Shown one piece after another: positions 28,739 through 39,142 of a stretch of DNA of 64,000 bases. The first letter of the stretch is position 1; every line of letters begins with the position of its first letter. Origin of the DNA: Roseibacillus sp. (GTDB taxonomy: Bacteria > Verrucomicrobiota > Verrucomicrobiia > Verrucomicrobiales > Akkermansiaceae). The translations under genes and the position numbers were made by a program. The stretch spans positions 96,001 through 160,000 of the forward strand of contig JBPOGI010000003.1 in the NCBI GenBank assembly GCA_051251855.1, in the 5' to 3' direction. The notes under the pieces are model-generated. The model made no database searches and had not been told where the DNA came from. It saw only the letters and a program-made list of their open reading frames with translations.

Positions 28739-29722
28739 CTATTTCTTTTCTGCTAATCTCAAGGCGGCTTCGCAGGCGGCGTAGAGGGAAGTGACCTGAG
28801 CGGTGCCTTGCCATGCAAGATTGTAGGCGGTGCCGTGGTCGACGGAGGTGCGGATGAAAGGGAGGCCGAGAGTGATGTTGACGGCTTCGTCGAAGGCGAG
28901 GGTCTTCAAGGGGATAAGGCCTTGGTCATGATACATGGCGATGTAACCATCGATGTCTTTGCGAAGAGCTGGGATGAAGGCGGTATCGGCGGAGAGAGGG
29001 CCGATGAGGTCGAGGCCTTCGGCACGAAGAATATCGATGGCGGGTTGGATGATGCGGGCTTCCTCGTCGCCAAAGAGCCCGTTTTCGCCAGCATGGGGAT
29101 TAAGGCCAAGGATGGCGAGGCGGGGTGGCTTGTGGGAGTTTTTCCAGAGAGGAAGGGCGGCTGCGGTGAGGCGGGTGACTTCGCAAATCCGTTCAGTGGT
29201 GAGAGAAGTGGCTACTTGAGCGACAGCCATGTGGGTAGTGACGAGGGTAGCGGTCACTTCGGGTGCGGAGAGCATCATGGCGTGTTCGGCAGTACCGGAG
29301 CGTTCAGTGAGGATCTCGGTGTGGCCATCATAAAGGTGGCCGCCCATGTGGAGGGCTTCTTTGGAAAGGGGGCAGGTAACGATGGCGTCGAACTTTCCTG
29401 CGATGGTGAGGTCAATGGCTTGGGTAAACCAGTGGTAGGCGGCTTGGCCGGAGAGAGCGGTAGGCAAGCCAGGCTGTAGCTCGGGGAGGCCTTCCACAGG
29501 AAGGTCGAGAATGGCTGGAACCGTAGGAGGCTCTGCCAAGAACTCTTCTTTATTGAGAATGGGAGCGGTGAGGGAGATTCCGGTGGCGGCGGCGACTCGG
29601 CGCAAGAGTTCGGCACTTCCTATGAGGATTGGGGTGGTGCCAGCAAGGGGTTGGGAGAGAACTCGCAGGGCAAGTTCCGGGCCAATGCCGGCAGGGTCTC
29701 CGATGGTGAGGGCGAGCTTCAT
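28739..29722 (-). CDS. pdxA: 4-hydroxythreonine-4-phosphate dehydrogenase
   Basis: GDPAGIGPE, GHTE, LNPHAGE.G, AMYHDQGLIP and RTSVDHGTA. Confidence 0.95.
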   Translation of the reverse strand: MKLALTIGDPAGIGPELALRVLSQPLAGTTPILIGSAELLRRVAAATGISLTAPILNKEEFLAEPPTVPAILDLPVEGLPELQPGLPTALSGQAAYHWFTQAIDLTIAGKFDAIVTCPLSKEALHMGGHLYDGHTEILTERSGTAEHAMMLSAPEVTATLVTTHMAVAQVATSLTTERICEVTRLTAAALPLWKNSHKPPRLAILGLNPHAGENGLFGDEEARIIQPAIDILRAEGLDLIGPLSADTAFIPALRKDIDGYIAMYHDQGLIPLKTLAFDEAVNITLGLPFIRTSVDHGTAYNLAWQGTAQVTSLYAACEAALRLAEKK

Positions 29723-29826
29723 GAGCAGAGCATCCGATGTCTTGGGCTTCGCGTCCAATCCTGAAAGAGGGGATTTCGACGGAAAGAAGGGTTTTCAGAG
29801 AGGCTTTGAGGAGGCAAGTTGGGGGC

Positions 29827-31110
29827 TTGAAGAACGAGTTCTATCGCGAGTTTGATCGGGAGCGCCTGTCGGGGAAGCCGGCAGGGGAGGATTATCGCAG
29901 CACCTTCCAAATTGATCGTGATCGCGTGCTCCACACCCCGACCTTTCGTTCTTTGCAGAGCAAGACGCAGGTTTTTTGGAGTGGGGAGTATGATTTTTAC
30001 CGCACGCGGCTGACTCACTCGTTGGAGGTGGCGCAGATTGGGCGGGGGATTTGCGATTGGTTGCAGAAGTCGAGCGACGTGTTCACTGACAACTTCTATG
30101 TCGATGCGGATTTGGTGGAGGCGGTTTGTCTTTCTCATGATCTGGGACATCCGCCGTTTGGGCATGCGGGAGAGCGTTCGCTCAATCACTTCATGCAAAA
30201 TCATGGAGGGTTCGAGGGTAATGCGCAGACGTTGCGCTTGCTCACCGAGCGTATCTTTAGCGAGAAGAGGCAGGGGATGGATCCTTCGCGGGCCTTTCTC
30301 GATGGGGTATTGAAGTATAAGTCGCTTTGGAGTGAAATGAGCGATGGCAACAAGCGACCCGAGCATCACTTCGTCTATGATCAGCAATGCCACTATCTTG
30401 ATTTTGTGATGGGTGGGCGTGACTTCCCTCTGGAGCTGACAGCGGGCAAAGAGCGGAACAACTTTAAGTCGATTGAATGTGCGATTATGGATTGGGCGGA
30501 TGATACCGCCTATTCGTTGAACGACCTAGCGGATGCGGCGCGGGCGGGATTTTTGACGGTGGAGAAGCTGGAGGCTTGGGCTGAGAAGAATGGGCTTGAA
30601 GCGGGAGAGCAGACACCGCTGGGTGACTTGAAGCGGGCGATGCGGCGCGGGCGGGTGGACTCTTTTGCAGGAATGCGGATTGGAAATTACATCAAGGCGT
30701 CGAGCCTCGTGGAGTGCACAAACTTCATGAGCGCGGAGACCAACCGCTATCGTTTTGGAGTAGCAACGACCGACGAGGTGAGGGAGGAGAGTGCCCTCTT
30801 CAAGAAGCTGGCTTTTGAAGTCGTCTTTCTGTCGCCGGAGCTGAAGCAGCTGGAGCATAAGGGGAGTTATATTCTGCGTAAGCTTTGGGAGTTGTTAGAG
30901 GCGCGGTACGTGCGAGGGGAGTCTATTGACGGTCAGCCGTTTCAGATTTTGCGTCCTTTGGACGAAGAGGAGATTGCAGCGGCTCCCAACGAGGACGCGA
31001 GGGCGCGGTTGGTTTGCGATTTGTTGGCTGGGATGACCGATGGTTCGGCGGCGCGGATGTATCGTCGCCTTTTTGAGCCGGGCTTTGGGTCGATTGGCGA
31101 CTTGGTATGA
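29827..31110 (+). CDS. dgt: dGTP triphosphohydrolase (HD family)
   Basis: FQIDRDRV, LQSKTQVF, RTRLTHSLEVAQ, HDLGHPPFGHAGE, FEGNAQ and ADD.AY; probable TTG start at 29827. Confidence 0.9.
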   Translation: MKNEFYREFDRERLSGKPAGEDYRSTFQIDRDRVLHTPTFRSLQSKTQVFWSGEYDFYRTRLTHSLEVAQIGRGICDWLQKSSDVFTDNFYVDADLVEAVCLSHDLGHPPFGHAGERSLNHFMQNHGGFEGNAQTLRLLTERIFSEKRQGMDPSRAFLDGVLKYKSLWSEMSDGNKRPEHHFVYDQQCHYLDFVMGGRDFPLELTAGKERNNFKSIECAIMDWADDTAYSLNDLADAARAGFLTVEKLEAWAEKNGLEAGEQTPLGDLKRAMRRGRVDSFAGMRIGNYIKASSLVECTNFMSAETNRYRFGVATTDEVREESALFKKLAFEVVFLSPELKQLEHKGSYILRKLWELLEARYVRGESIDGQPFQILRPLDEEEIAAAPNEDARARLVCDLLAGMTDGSAARMYRRLFEPGFGSIGDLV

Positions 31111-31135
31111 GTTCAGCCTAGCCCTTAAAATGAGG

Positions 31136-31179
31136 AATCTTCCAGCGCCATCACAATCGGGTGATGACGCCGGAAGATT
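31136..31179 (-). other. 19-bp inverted repeat / RNA hairpin
   Basis: Minus strand AATCTTCCGGCGTCATCAC-CCGATT-GTGATGGCGCTGGAAGATT pairs fully, with two G-U wobbles. Confidence 0.6.
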
Positions 31180-31369
31180 ACCTGCGGATTTGGGTTTTTA
31201 ACGAAAGAAAGAGAAGACCAATCCTTTTTCTTTCACTAAGGATGATCACAAACGATCGGGGGGGGTGGCAATAGGAAAACACACAAAAATAGTTTGGATT
31301 TCGAAAGTAAAACGAGCGCATCGTTAGATCTTGTTGAGACGAAGAGAAGTGCTCAGATCAAAGGCCAGC

Positions 31370-31384
31370 TGGCACATCTCGTGC
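31370..31384 (+). promoter_or_regulatory. sigma54-like -24/-12 promoter of the urease operon
   Basis: TGGCAC-ATCTC-GTGC, one mismatch to TGGCAC-N5-TTGC, about 120 bp upstream of ureA. Confidence 0.55.
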
Positions 31385-31503
31385 GTGATTTTCCATGGGT
31401 TACGGTTTCGCTGATTCGTTATGGCTTCGGTCATGGGCTAATGAGATGTAAATTCAGAGTTCCCATTCCACTATGAAATATTGCACTCTTCCTTCTTAAA
31501 CCA

Positions 31504-31806
31504 ATGCACCTGACCCCCCGAGAACGTGAAAAATTGATGGTCGTGGTCGCGGCTGATTTAGCGCGTCGTCGACAAAGTCGCGGTCTGAAGCTGAATTATC
31601 CTGAGGCTGTTGCCATCATTACCTATGAGGTGTTCGAAGGAGCCCGGGACGGCAAGTCCGTTGCGGAGTTGATGGATGAGGGGACTCGTATTCTCAGGCG
31701 TGACGACGTGATGGACGGAGTGGCGGAGATGATTCATGAAGTGCAGGTTGAGGCGACTTTTCCTGATGGAACGAAGCTGGTGACGGTGCATCACCCTATT
31801 CAATAA
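31504..31806 (+). CDS. ureA: urease gamma subunit
   Basis: [20 protein letters not shown] and [19 protein letters not shown]. Confidence 0.98.
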   Translation: MHLTPREREKLMVVVAADLARRRQSRGLKLNYPEAVAIITYEVFEGARDGKSVAELMDEGTRILRRDDVMDGVAEMIHEVQVEATFPDGTKLVTVHHPIQ

Positions 31807-31811
31807 GCGAG

Positions 31812-32120
31812 ATGACCCCGGGAGAATTGATTGTAAAAAAAGGTGGGCCTCATGTTGCGAATGAGGGTCTTGATACTTTCTTGATATCGGTCGCCAATAC
31901 GGGGGATCGCCCCATTCAGGTGGGTAGTCATTTTCATTTTTATGAAGTGAACTCCTCGCTCTCCTTTGACCGCGAAGCAGCTCGTGGATTTCGGTTGAAT
32001 ATCGCAGCTGGGACGGCAGTGAGGTTTGAGCCTGGCGATGAGAAAGAAGTGTCCCTGGTCGCCCTCGCTGGGGAGCGGGTGGTGTGGGGATTGAACGGTA
32101 AAATTAACGGGGCGCTTTAG
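31812..32120 (+). CDS. ureB: urease beta subunit
   Basis: [15 protein letters not shown] and [15 protein letters not shown]. Confidence 0.98.
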   Translation: MTPGELIVKKGGPHVANEGLDTFLISVANTGDRPIQVGSHFHFYEVNSSLSFDREAARGFRLNIAAGTAVRFEPGDEKEVSLVALAGERVVWGLNGKINGAL

Positions 32121-32137
32121 GCTCTAGAAAGAAAAAG

Positions 32138-33910
32138 ATGGCACTGGAAATATCACGACAGGCATACGCTGAGCACTATGGACCGACGGTTGGGGACCAA
32201 CTGCGGTTGGGGGATACGGAGCTTTTCATTGAGGTGGAGCGCGATTTGATTGCGGAGGCGGGGGGCTATGGCAATGAGGTGAAGTTTGGCGGAGGTAAGG
32301 TCATTCGCGATGGCATGGGGCAGTCTTCGACGGCGCTGGATGCGGAGTGTCTTGATTTGGTGGTGACCAATGCGACGATCATTGATGCCGAGTTGGGCGT
32401 GATAAAGGCGGACCTAGGGGTTCGTGGAGGACGGATTGTGGGGGTTGGGCATGCCGGGAATCCGGGGATTCAGGATGGCATTGGTTCCCTGATTGCGGAT
32501 CCGGCGACGGGGAAGTTGGACCCTATGATTATCGGGGCGGGCACGGAAGCGCTGGCGGGTGAGGGTGCGATCTTAACGGCGGGCGGGATTGATGCGCACA
32601 TTCACTTTATTTGTCCGCAGCAAATTGATGAGGCCTTGGCGAGTGGAGTGACGACGATGTTGGGCGGTGGCACTGGTCCGGCGACGGGGACGAATGCGAC
32701 CACTTGCACGCCTGGGAAGTGGAATATTCACCGGATGATTGAGGCGGCAGACGAGTATGCCATGAACTTAGGTTTTTTAGGTAAAGGGAATTGTGCGACG
32801 CCTGAGCCTTTGCGTGAGCAAATCTTGGCAGGGGCGATTGGGCTCAAGTTGCACGAAGACTGGGGGACGACTCCGGCGGCGATTGATGTCTGTTTGTCGG
32901 TGGCGGATGAGTTGGATGTGCAGGTGGCGATTCATACCGATACTTTGAATGAGTCGGGCTTTGTGGAAGACACCATCGCTGCCATCGGGGATAGAACGAT
33001 TCATACTTATCACTCGGAGGGTGCTGGCGGAGGTCATGCGCCAGATATTATGAAGGTGTGTTCCTTTGCGAATGTGCTGCCGTCTTCGACGAATCCGACG
33101 CGACCCTTTACGGTCAATACGCTGGATGAGCATCTCGATATGTTGATGGTGTGCCATCATTTGGACTCTAAGATTCCGGAAGATGTGGCCTTTGCGGAGT
33201 CTCGCATTCGCCCGCAGACTATCGCGGCGGAGGACTTGCTGCATGATAAGGGGGCGATCTCAATGATCGCGTCTGATAGTCAGGCCATGGGTCGGGTAGG
33301 AGAGGTGGTGATGCGCACGTGGCAGACGGCTCATAAGATGAAGGTGCAGTTTGGAGCGTTGGCGGATGAGTCGGGTGAGCACGGGGCGGCGGATAACTTT
33401 CGGGTGCTGCGGTATGTGGCCAAGTATACCATCAACCCAGCGCTGACGCATGGCATGGGCGGGGAGGTGGGCTCGTTGATGGTGGGCAAATTGGCAGATA
33501 TGGTGTTGTGGAAGCCGGCTTTCTTCGGGGTGAAGCCGGAGTTGATTTTGAAGGGAGGGATGATTGCGATGGCCAATATGGGCGATCCGAATGCGTCTAT
33601 TCCCACGCCGCAGCCGACCTTCTATCGTCCTATGTTTGGGGCGGCGGGTAAGGCGCGAGCGAGCACGTGCGTGACCTTTGTGAGTCAGGCGTCACTGGAT
33701 GCGGGATTAGAGAAAGAGCTGGAGGTGTCGAAGCGTTTGGTGGCGGTGAAGGAGACGCGTTCAGTGACCAAGGGGGATATGTTGTTCAATGAGAGTTGTC
33801 CTGAGATCGAGATTGATCCGGAGAGTTATACCGTGAAGGCGGATGGAGAGGTTCTCACTTGTGAGCCTTTGGACGAGGTGCCCTTGGGGCAGAGGTATTT
33901 TCTTTTCTAA
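32138..33910 (+). CDS. ureC: urease alpha subunit
   Basis: [40 protein letters not shown] and QRYFLF. Confidence 0.99.
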   Translation: MALEISRQAYAEHYGPTVGDQLRLGDTELFIEVERDLIAEAGGYGNEVKFGGGKVIRDGMGQSSTALDAECLDLVVTNATIIDAELGVIKADLGVRGGRIVGVGHAGNPGIQDGIGSLIADPATGKLDPMIIGAGTEALAGEGAILTAGGIDAHIHFICPQQIDEALASGVTTMLGGGTGPATGTNATTCTPGKWNIHRMIEAADEYAMNLGFLGKGNCATPEPLREQILAGAIGLKLHEDWGTTPAAIDVCLSVADELDVQVAIHTDTLNESGFVEDTIAAIGDRTIHTYHSEGAGGGHAPDIMKVCSFANVLPSSTNPTRPFTVNTLDEHLDMLMVCHHLDSKIPEDVAFAESRIRPQTIAAEDLLHDKGAISMIASDSQAMGRVGEVVMRTWQTAHKMKVQFGALADESGEHGAADNFRVLRYVAKYTINPALTHGMGGEVGSLMVGKLADMVLWKPAFFGVKPELILKGGMIAMANMGDPNASIPTPQPTFYRPMFGAAGKARASTCVTFVSQASLDAGLEKELEVSKRLVAVKETRSVTKGDMLFNESCPEIEIDPESYTVKADGEVLTCEPLDEVPLGQRYFLF

Positions 33911-33912
33911 CA

Positions 33913-34341
33913 ATGTCAAAAGCGATCTTACTGGACCAAGTTTCGGAGGAGGACTGCCCTGATGCGGTGGCGTTGCCTGTGGCTCGAATTACGCTGTGGA
34001 CTCGGCGTTGGCGGAGTACGGCAGAGGATGGGACAGTGGTGGCGGTGGCGCTTGAGAAGGCGGCTCAAAATGGGAATGTTCTGCTGGGTGGAGGGCGCTC
34101 GTTTCGGATTGCGCAAATGCCGGAAGAGGTGGTGGCGATTACGATGCCTGAAGAGCAATCGATGGCCGCGAAGATTGGTTGGTATCTGGGGAACCGGCAT
34201 TTGCCGATTGAGGTGCGGGAGAAGGAGATTTTGTTAGAGAGTTTTCCCACCCTCACGGATTCGTTGGAGCGAATTGGGATTGGCTATACGATGAGAGAGG
34301 ATGTGTTGAATTGTCGCCCGCACTCGGAGCATACCCATTGA
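33913..34341 (+). CDS. ureE: urease accessory protein UreE
   Basis: GWYLGNRHLP motif, C-terminal HSEHTH, position in operon. Confidence 0.85.
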   Translation: MSKAILLDQVSEEDCPDAVALPVARITLWTRRWRSTAEDGTVVAVALEKAAQNGNVLLGGGRSFRIAQMPEEVVAITMPEEQSMAAKIGWYLGNRHLPIEVREKEILLESFPTLTDSLERIGIGYTMREDVLNCRPHSEHTH

Positions 34342-34344
34342 AGA

Positions 34345-35031
34345 ATGAGCAAGGAAGATTACGACTGGCTGGGTTTGGTGCTGACGTTCTCGGACACGGC
34401 GTCACCGGTGGGTGGGTATGCGCATTCCTTTGGGCTGGAGGGAATGGTTCAGGCGGGGGAGGTCTCTGATGAGGAGAGCTTGAGGCGCTTTTTGGAAAGG
34501 GATGTGCGGGAGTCGTTGCGGAGCGTGGAGTTGCCGTTGGTGGCGAGGGCTTACCGTGCGGCAATTGAAAACAAAGCGGATGAGGTAAAGAAATGGGATG
34601 CGTGGGCGTGGGCGATGCGTCCTACCGGAGAGTTACGAGAGGCTGGCGCAAAGGTGGGGCGACAGCAGTGGAAGTTGTTTGAGCGCACGTGGGCGGAGGA
34701 AGAAGCGAAGGCGGCACGGGGGTGGTTCGCGAGTTTTCAGATGGCCCCAGTGGCGGGAGTGATTTTTGCGAAGCGTGAGGTTCCGTTGGAGGCGGGGTTG
34801 ATGGTGGTGTGTTACCAGACTTATTCGGCTTTGATGCAAGCGGCATTGAAATTGCTGCCTGTGGGCCCGATGGCCACGCAAAGGTTGTTGTTTGAGGTAT
34901 TGGGGGAAGCGCGGGCGCTGGGCGAGGAGGCTTTGGCTGTGAAAGATTCGGAGTTGGGAACCTTTAATCCGATCTGGGACTGCGCGAGTTCGGGCCATGA
35001 GCGAGTGGAGGCGCGATTATTTTTATCATGA
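34345..35031 (+). CDS. ureF: urease accessory protein UreF
   Basis: SD...[12 protein letters not shown] and C-terminal HE....RLFLS. Confidence 0.92.
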   Translation: MSKEDYDWLGLVLTFSDTASPVGGYAHSFGLEGMVQAGEVSDEESLRRFLERDVRESLRSVELPLVARAYRAAIENKADEVKKWDAWAWAMRPTGELREAGAKVGRQQWKLFERTWAEEEAKAARGWFASFQMAPVAGVIFAKREVPLEAGLMVVCYQTYSALMQAALKLLPVGPMATQRLLFEVLGEARALGEEALAVKDSELGTFNPIWDCASSGHERVEARLFLS

Positions 35032-35651
35032 GTAAGAAGGCAATCAGAGTTGGGATTGGTGGTCCGGTTGGTTCGGGAAAATCGACGCTGTGTTTGGAGC
35101 TGTGTCGGCACTACGGCGCGACGCGAAATATGGCGGTGATCACGAATGATATTTACACGCGGGAAGATGCGCGAATGTTGACGGAGGCGCAGGCTTTGCC
35201 AGCGGACCGAATTGTGGGGGTGGAGACAGGTGGCTGTCCGCATACCGCGATTCGAGATGATATTTCGATGAATCTTGATGCGGTGGAGACTTTGGAAGCG
35301 AGGTTGGACGGGTTGGAACTGATTTTGATTGAGAGTGGTGGGGATAATTTGACGGCGACCTTTTCGCCGGAGTTGGTGGATGTGTTCATTTACGTGATTG
35401 ATGTCACCGAGGGGGATGACATTCCGCGTAAGGGGGGGCCGGCCATTGCGGGATCCGATCTCTTGTTGGTGAATAAGGTGACACTGGCTCCCTATGTGGG
35501 CGCTGATGTTGATCGCATGAAGTCGGATTGTTTGAGCAAGCGTGGGGACCGACCTTTTCTTTTTACGGATTTGAAGACGGGTGAGCAGCGGGATGAGCTG
35601 ATGGCGTGGTTTGATCGGGAGGTGTTGTTTACAGATGTCGGGTCATCTTGA
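35028..35651 (+). CDS. ureG: urease accessory GTPase UreG
   Basis: [27 protein letters not shown] and IPRKGGP. Confidence 0.97.
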   Translation: MSKKAIRVGIGGPVGSGKSTLCLELCRHYGATRNMAVITNDIYTREDARMLTEAQALPADRIVGVETGGCPHTAIRDDISMNLDAVETLEARLDGLELILIESGGDNLTATFSPELVDVFIYVIDVTEGDDIPRKGGPAIAGSDLLLVNKVTLAPYVGADVDRMKSDCLSKRGDRPFLFTDLKTGEQRDELMAWFDREVLFTDVGSS

Positions 35652-36450
35652 GAGTGAGATCGAGCTCGTCTTTGATCAGGACGACCAACGAGCGGTGACG
35701 GTGTTGCGGAAGCGGCGGGCGGGTGGATTGTGCCATGTTGGGAAACCGTATTGGGATGGTGAGGTCTTGAACTTGCAGTTGGTGAATCCGACGGCGGGGG
35801 TGTTTGCTGGAGATCGGTTGCAGATGAAGGTGGCTGTGGAAGAAGGGGCGAAAGTGGCTTTGGTGACGCCGAGTGCGACGCGCTTCCATGCCATGGCGGG
35901 ACAAGAGGCCACGATTGTGCAGGAGTTCTCGGTGGGGAAGAGAGCTTGGTTGGAGTATTGGCCCGAGTGGGTGATGCCGCAGGGTGGAAGCGAGGTGCAC
36001 CAAATCACGCGGCTGGATGTGGCGAGGGATGGGGTGTTGGTCTTTGGTGATATGTTGGCACCTGGTCGGGTGGCGCACGGGGAGAGTCAGGCTTTTCGGA
36101 AGCTGACCACCGAGTTTGAGCTGCGGGTGGGGGGGCAACTGGTGGCGCGCGAGCGAATGAACTTGGAGCCTGAGAAGGGAGCTTGGCCGTTGGCGGTGGA
36201 AGAGTGGGAGAACTGCTTCTATGGCGGTCTTTGGATCGTGGGTGGAGAGGGTGATTTTTTAGAGGAAATGGAGGCGCTGAGTGACAATGAGATAAAGGTA
36301 GGTTTCTCGCGTCTCTCCCCTGAGGTGGTGGTCTTGAGAATGGTGACGGCACGCAGCGTGCTGCTGAGAACCCTCTTTGAGAGGCTACGGGAGACGATTT
36401 CTGAAGAAATGAGGTTGTCGATTCCCGATCCCCGTGTGAGATTACGTTGA
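35635..36450 (+). CDS. ureD: urease accessory protein UreD
   Basis: NPTAG...GD, TPSATR, LEYWPE and PGRVA.GE; start ATG 35635. Confidence 0.88.
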   Translation: MSGHLESEIELVFDQDDQRAVTVLRKRRAGGLCHVGKPYWDGEVLNLQLVNPTAGVFAGDRLQMKVAVEEGAKVALVTPSATRFHAMAGQEATIVQEFSVGKRAWLEYWPEWVMPQGGSEVHQITRLDVARDGVLVFGDMLAPGRVAHGESQAFRKLTTEFELRVGGQLVARERMNLEPEKGAWPLAVEEWENCFYGGLWIVGGEGDFLEEMEALSDNEIKVGFSRLSPEVVVLRMVTARSVLLRTLFERLRETISEEMRLSIPDPRVRLR

Positions 36451-36452
36451 AG

Positions 36453-36689
36453 ATGAACTTGAAAACTAAAACGACAGGATGGGTAATTGCGTTGAACGCG
36501 AGTTTGGTCGCGGTCGCTTCGGCTCATCCCGGCCCTCCAGGACACACGCACGGTGATGACTGGCCTTTTGGGGTAGTTGCTTTAGTCGCTCTAGCTGCGT
36601 CAGCAGGATTATACGGGGCTTTCTTGAAATTTCGAGACGCTCGTAAGACTGTTCCCATTCCTGTGAAGAGTCGGTACAGCCGCCGATAG
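36453..36689 (+). CDS. small membrane protein with HupE/UreJ-like His-rich N-terminus
   Basis: Signal peptide ending ASA, then HPGPPGHTHGDD, a TM helix and a basic tail; 2 bp after ureD. Confidence 0.65.
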   Translation: MNLKTKTTGWVIALNASLVAVASAHPGPPGHTHGDDWPFGVVALVALAASAGLYGAFLKFRDARKTVPIPVKSRYSRR

Positions 36690-36765
36690 CTACAGTCCAA
36701 GTCTTACAATCGGGCTTTTGATTGGTTGGAAGAGTGGGTTAAATTCTAGTTAATCTGGAAATAAG

Positions 36766-36945
36766 ATGATGAAGATCGACCGAACTTTTCTTTTTACCTT
36801 CGCGTTACTGACGACTGTTGGCCTCCTTTCTTCGTGTGTTCCTCTCGCTGTCGGAGCTGTTGGCGGGTATATGATTGCTGATGATGGTATCCGTCTCCAA
36901 TCGCCGGTGACTCGGGAGAAGAAAGAGGAATATTACGAATACTAA
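36766..36945 (+). CDS. 59-aa lipoprotein (not in ORF track)
   Basis: MMKIDRTFLFTFALLTTVGLLSSCVPLAVGAVGGYMIADDGIRLQSPVTREKKEEYYEY*; lipobox LSSC. Confidence 0.7.
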   Translation: MMKIDRTFLFTFALLTTVGLLSSCVPLAVGAVGGYMIADDGIRLQSPVTREKKEEYYEY

Positions 36946-37052
36946 ATAAGAAATATCGTATTTGCGATCTCTCCTAGAAATCAAAAGTTAAGGGAGCCCG
37001 AGTTTATCAAACATCCTTCCAGCACCTCAGAATTTTTCTCCAGAACCTAAAC

Positions 37053-37946
37053 ATGAAGCCCTCCCTACTCGCTGCCTTAGCTCTCCTTGGCCTTTGTTCC
37101 CTTTCACCGGCTGAACCTATATCGGCTGTCTCTTGGAACATCGAATGGTTTCCCGGCGGTCGTCCAAACGCTAGCGAAGCTGAGCAGACCGCTCAACTCG
37201 AAGGTTGTAAGAGTGTGCTCCCTAAAATGGGAGCTGACATCTTGCTTGCTCAGGAAGTTACCGATGCCGCCGCCTTTGATGAACTTGTATCGAGTGTTCC
37301 GGGGATGAAGGTGCATGTCTTCAGCCAATTTCTCCAACCCGATAGCGACCGAGTTGGCCTTCAACAATGTGCCATTGCTTCGAAGCTTGAGGCTCATTCA
37401 GCGTGGTTCGAGGCGTTCAAACCCAGCTCTCGGCTCCCTAACCTTCGTCGTGGCTTCGCTTTTGCCGCCCTCGAGCATCCCTCAGGAGGATTGATGATGT
37501 TCTACTGCGTTCACTTAAAGAGCAATGGAGGAAGTGATACTCCTAAGGGTGAGCGCGATGTAGCAAAGACTCGAAAAGAATCGGTAAAACAAATCGTTGC
37601 GCATAAAAAGGAGATGGAGAAGAGATTTGCGACCGAGAAAATCGTCGGTTGGGTTGTGGGAGGAGATTTCAACACTAATCATGATGGACAGTTTCCTCGC
37701 TGCACGGTTGTTCAAGACCTCGAAGCGGCAGGGTTTTACAATACTTGGACGGAGACTAATAAACAAGAGCGGGCCACCTGGCTAAGCGATCCCGACCCCG
37801 AGAAACGCCGCTTTCAACCCACTACTTTTGACTACTTTATGACCACCGGTTTCCTGCCTGCCGAAGCGAAGATGATTCCTAACATTCCTCGCGAACTTTC
37901 TGACCATGGCCCTATAGTTCTGGAGCTTTCCCTCCCCAAAAACTGA
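37053..37946 (+). CDS. secreted endonuclease/exonuclease/phosphatase family protein
   Basis: SWNIEW, DILLAQEV, VHLKS, GGDFN, FDY and SDHGPI. Confidence 0.88.
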   Translation: MKPSLLAALALLGLCSLSPAEPISAVSWNIEWFPGGRPNASEAEQTAQLEGCKSVLPKMGADILLAQEVTDAAAFDELVSSVPGMKVHVFSQFLQPDSDRVGLQQCAIASKLEAHSAWFEAFKPSSRLPNLRRGFAFAALEHPSGGLMMFYCVHLKSNGGSDTPKGERDVAKTRKESVKQIVAHKKEMEKRFATEKIVGWVVGGDFNTNHDGQFPRCTVVQDLEAAGFYNTWTETNKQERATWLSDPDPEKRRFQPTTFDYFMTTGFLPAEAKMIPNIPRELSDHGPIVLELSLPKN

Positions 37947-38007
37947 GGGTGATTTGGGAACGGAACGTATTCTTTGGCGAATATTGATCTTGTTGCTAAA
38001 GAAGGGT

Positions 38008-39018
38008 TTAGACCTGTTCCACAAAGATTTCTCCTCGTGCCAAACAAGAGAGGTGTTTATCGGCTAAGTCTTCTAGTTCGGCTACGGACTCTACCTGCGA
38101 TAAGGCTCTTCTGAGCGCCTTTGAACCCTTGAACCCTTTTGAATAGGCCATCAAGCGTGAGCGCATGGCCATGATGGTGTGCCGTTCATCGCCATATCGA
38201 TCTGATTCGGTGGCGAGTCGGCAGTGCCGCAGAATCAGTGGCCAGCGCTCCTCTACTGAGAGAGGCGGCAAGGTTACTCCCGTCTCTAGGTAGTGCTTTG
38301 CCTCTCGAAAGATCCACGGATTCTGCATCGCGGCTCTGCCGATCATCACGCCGGAGACCGCTGTTTCCTCCTTACGACGAGCCAAAATTTCTCCACTCGT
38401 TATATCACCATTTCCGATCACTGGAATGTCTACCGATCGGGCTGCGCTATCAATGACCTTCCAGTTGGCTTCGCCTGAATAGCCCTGCGATCTAGTCCGG
38501 CCATGAATCGCGATACTCGCAATGCCTTCGGATTCTAGAATGCCACATACTTCCTCTGCGTTTATGGTATCCATATCCCAGCCGACTCGAATTTTTGCGG
38601 TGACGGGCACTGCTCCATTCACTGCCTTCACAATTCCGCGAGCGGTGGCCGCTAAGAGGGGACAGTCCTTTAACAAGGACGAACCGCCGTTTTTTGAGAC
38701 TACTTTACTCACCGGGCATCCAAAGTTGATGTCGATAAAGTCCGGGCGTTTCCAATCAATAATCTTATTGGCAGCCTCGCCCATACGGGCTCCATCTGCT
38801 CCAAAGAGTTGGACTCCCACGGGTCTTTGTCCGTCGGTAAATTCGGTATACTTTCGGGTGCGATGGTCCGCCTGCATGATGCCTTCTGCGGAGACAAACT
38901 CGGTGACCATGACATCCGCTCCCAGCTCCTTGCAAATGGTCCGGAATGTCACATCCGTGACCCCCGCCATAGGCGCTAGAAAGAGAGGAAACTGACCATC
39001 AGCAAACCAAGGAAGCAT
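38008..39018 (-). CDS. dusB: tRNA dihydrouridine synthase B
   Basis: LAPMAGVTD, QLFG, IDINFGCP, KIRVGW, HGRT, GNGDI and MIGRAA. Confidence 0.93.
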   Translation of the reverse strand: MLPWFADGQFPLFLAPMAGVTDVTFRTICKELGADVMVTEFVSAEGIMQADHRTRKYTEFTDGQRPVGVQLFGADGARMGEAANKIIDWKRPDFIDINFGCPVSKVVSKNGGSSLLKDCPLLAATARGIVKAVNGAVPVTAKIRVGWDMDTINAEEVCGILESEGIASIAIHGRTRSQGYSGEANWKVIDSAARSVDIPVIGNGDITSGEILARRKEETAVSGVMIGRAAMQNPWIFREAKHYLETGVTLPPLSVEERWPLILRHCRLATESDRYGDERHTIMAMRSRLMAYSKGFKGSKALRRALSQVESVAELEDLADKHLSCLARGEIFVEQV

Positions 39019-39142
39019 TACGACAGAGACATGCCTAAAAAACTTCGGATCAAAAACCCAAAAATGAAAATTCGCAGTAGAGGAGGATGAAGCGATAGAT
39101 TCCCCTCAGGAGGGGGGCACTTTAACCCCCAGCACGAGCCAC

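Noticed and set aside
29827..31110. dGTPase as an anti-phage defence gene
   Set aside because: Housekeeping context (divergent from pdxA), host-like composition and no neighbouring defence genes.
31294..31476. 60-aa ORF upstream of ureA as a leader peptide
   Set aside because: TTG start, no motif, and it spans the predicted sigma54 promoter.
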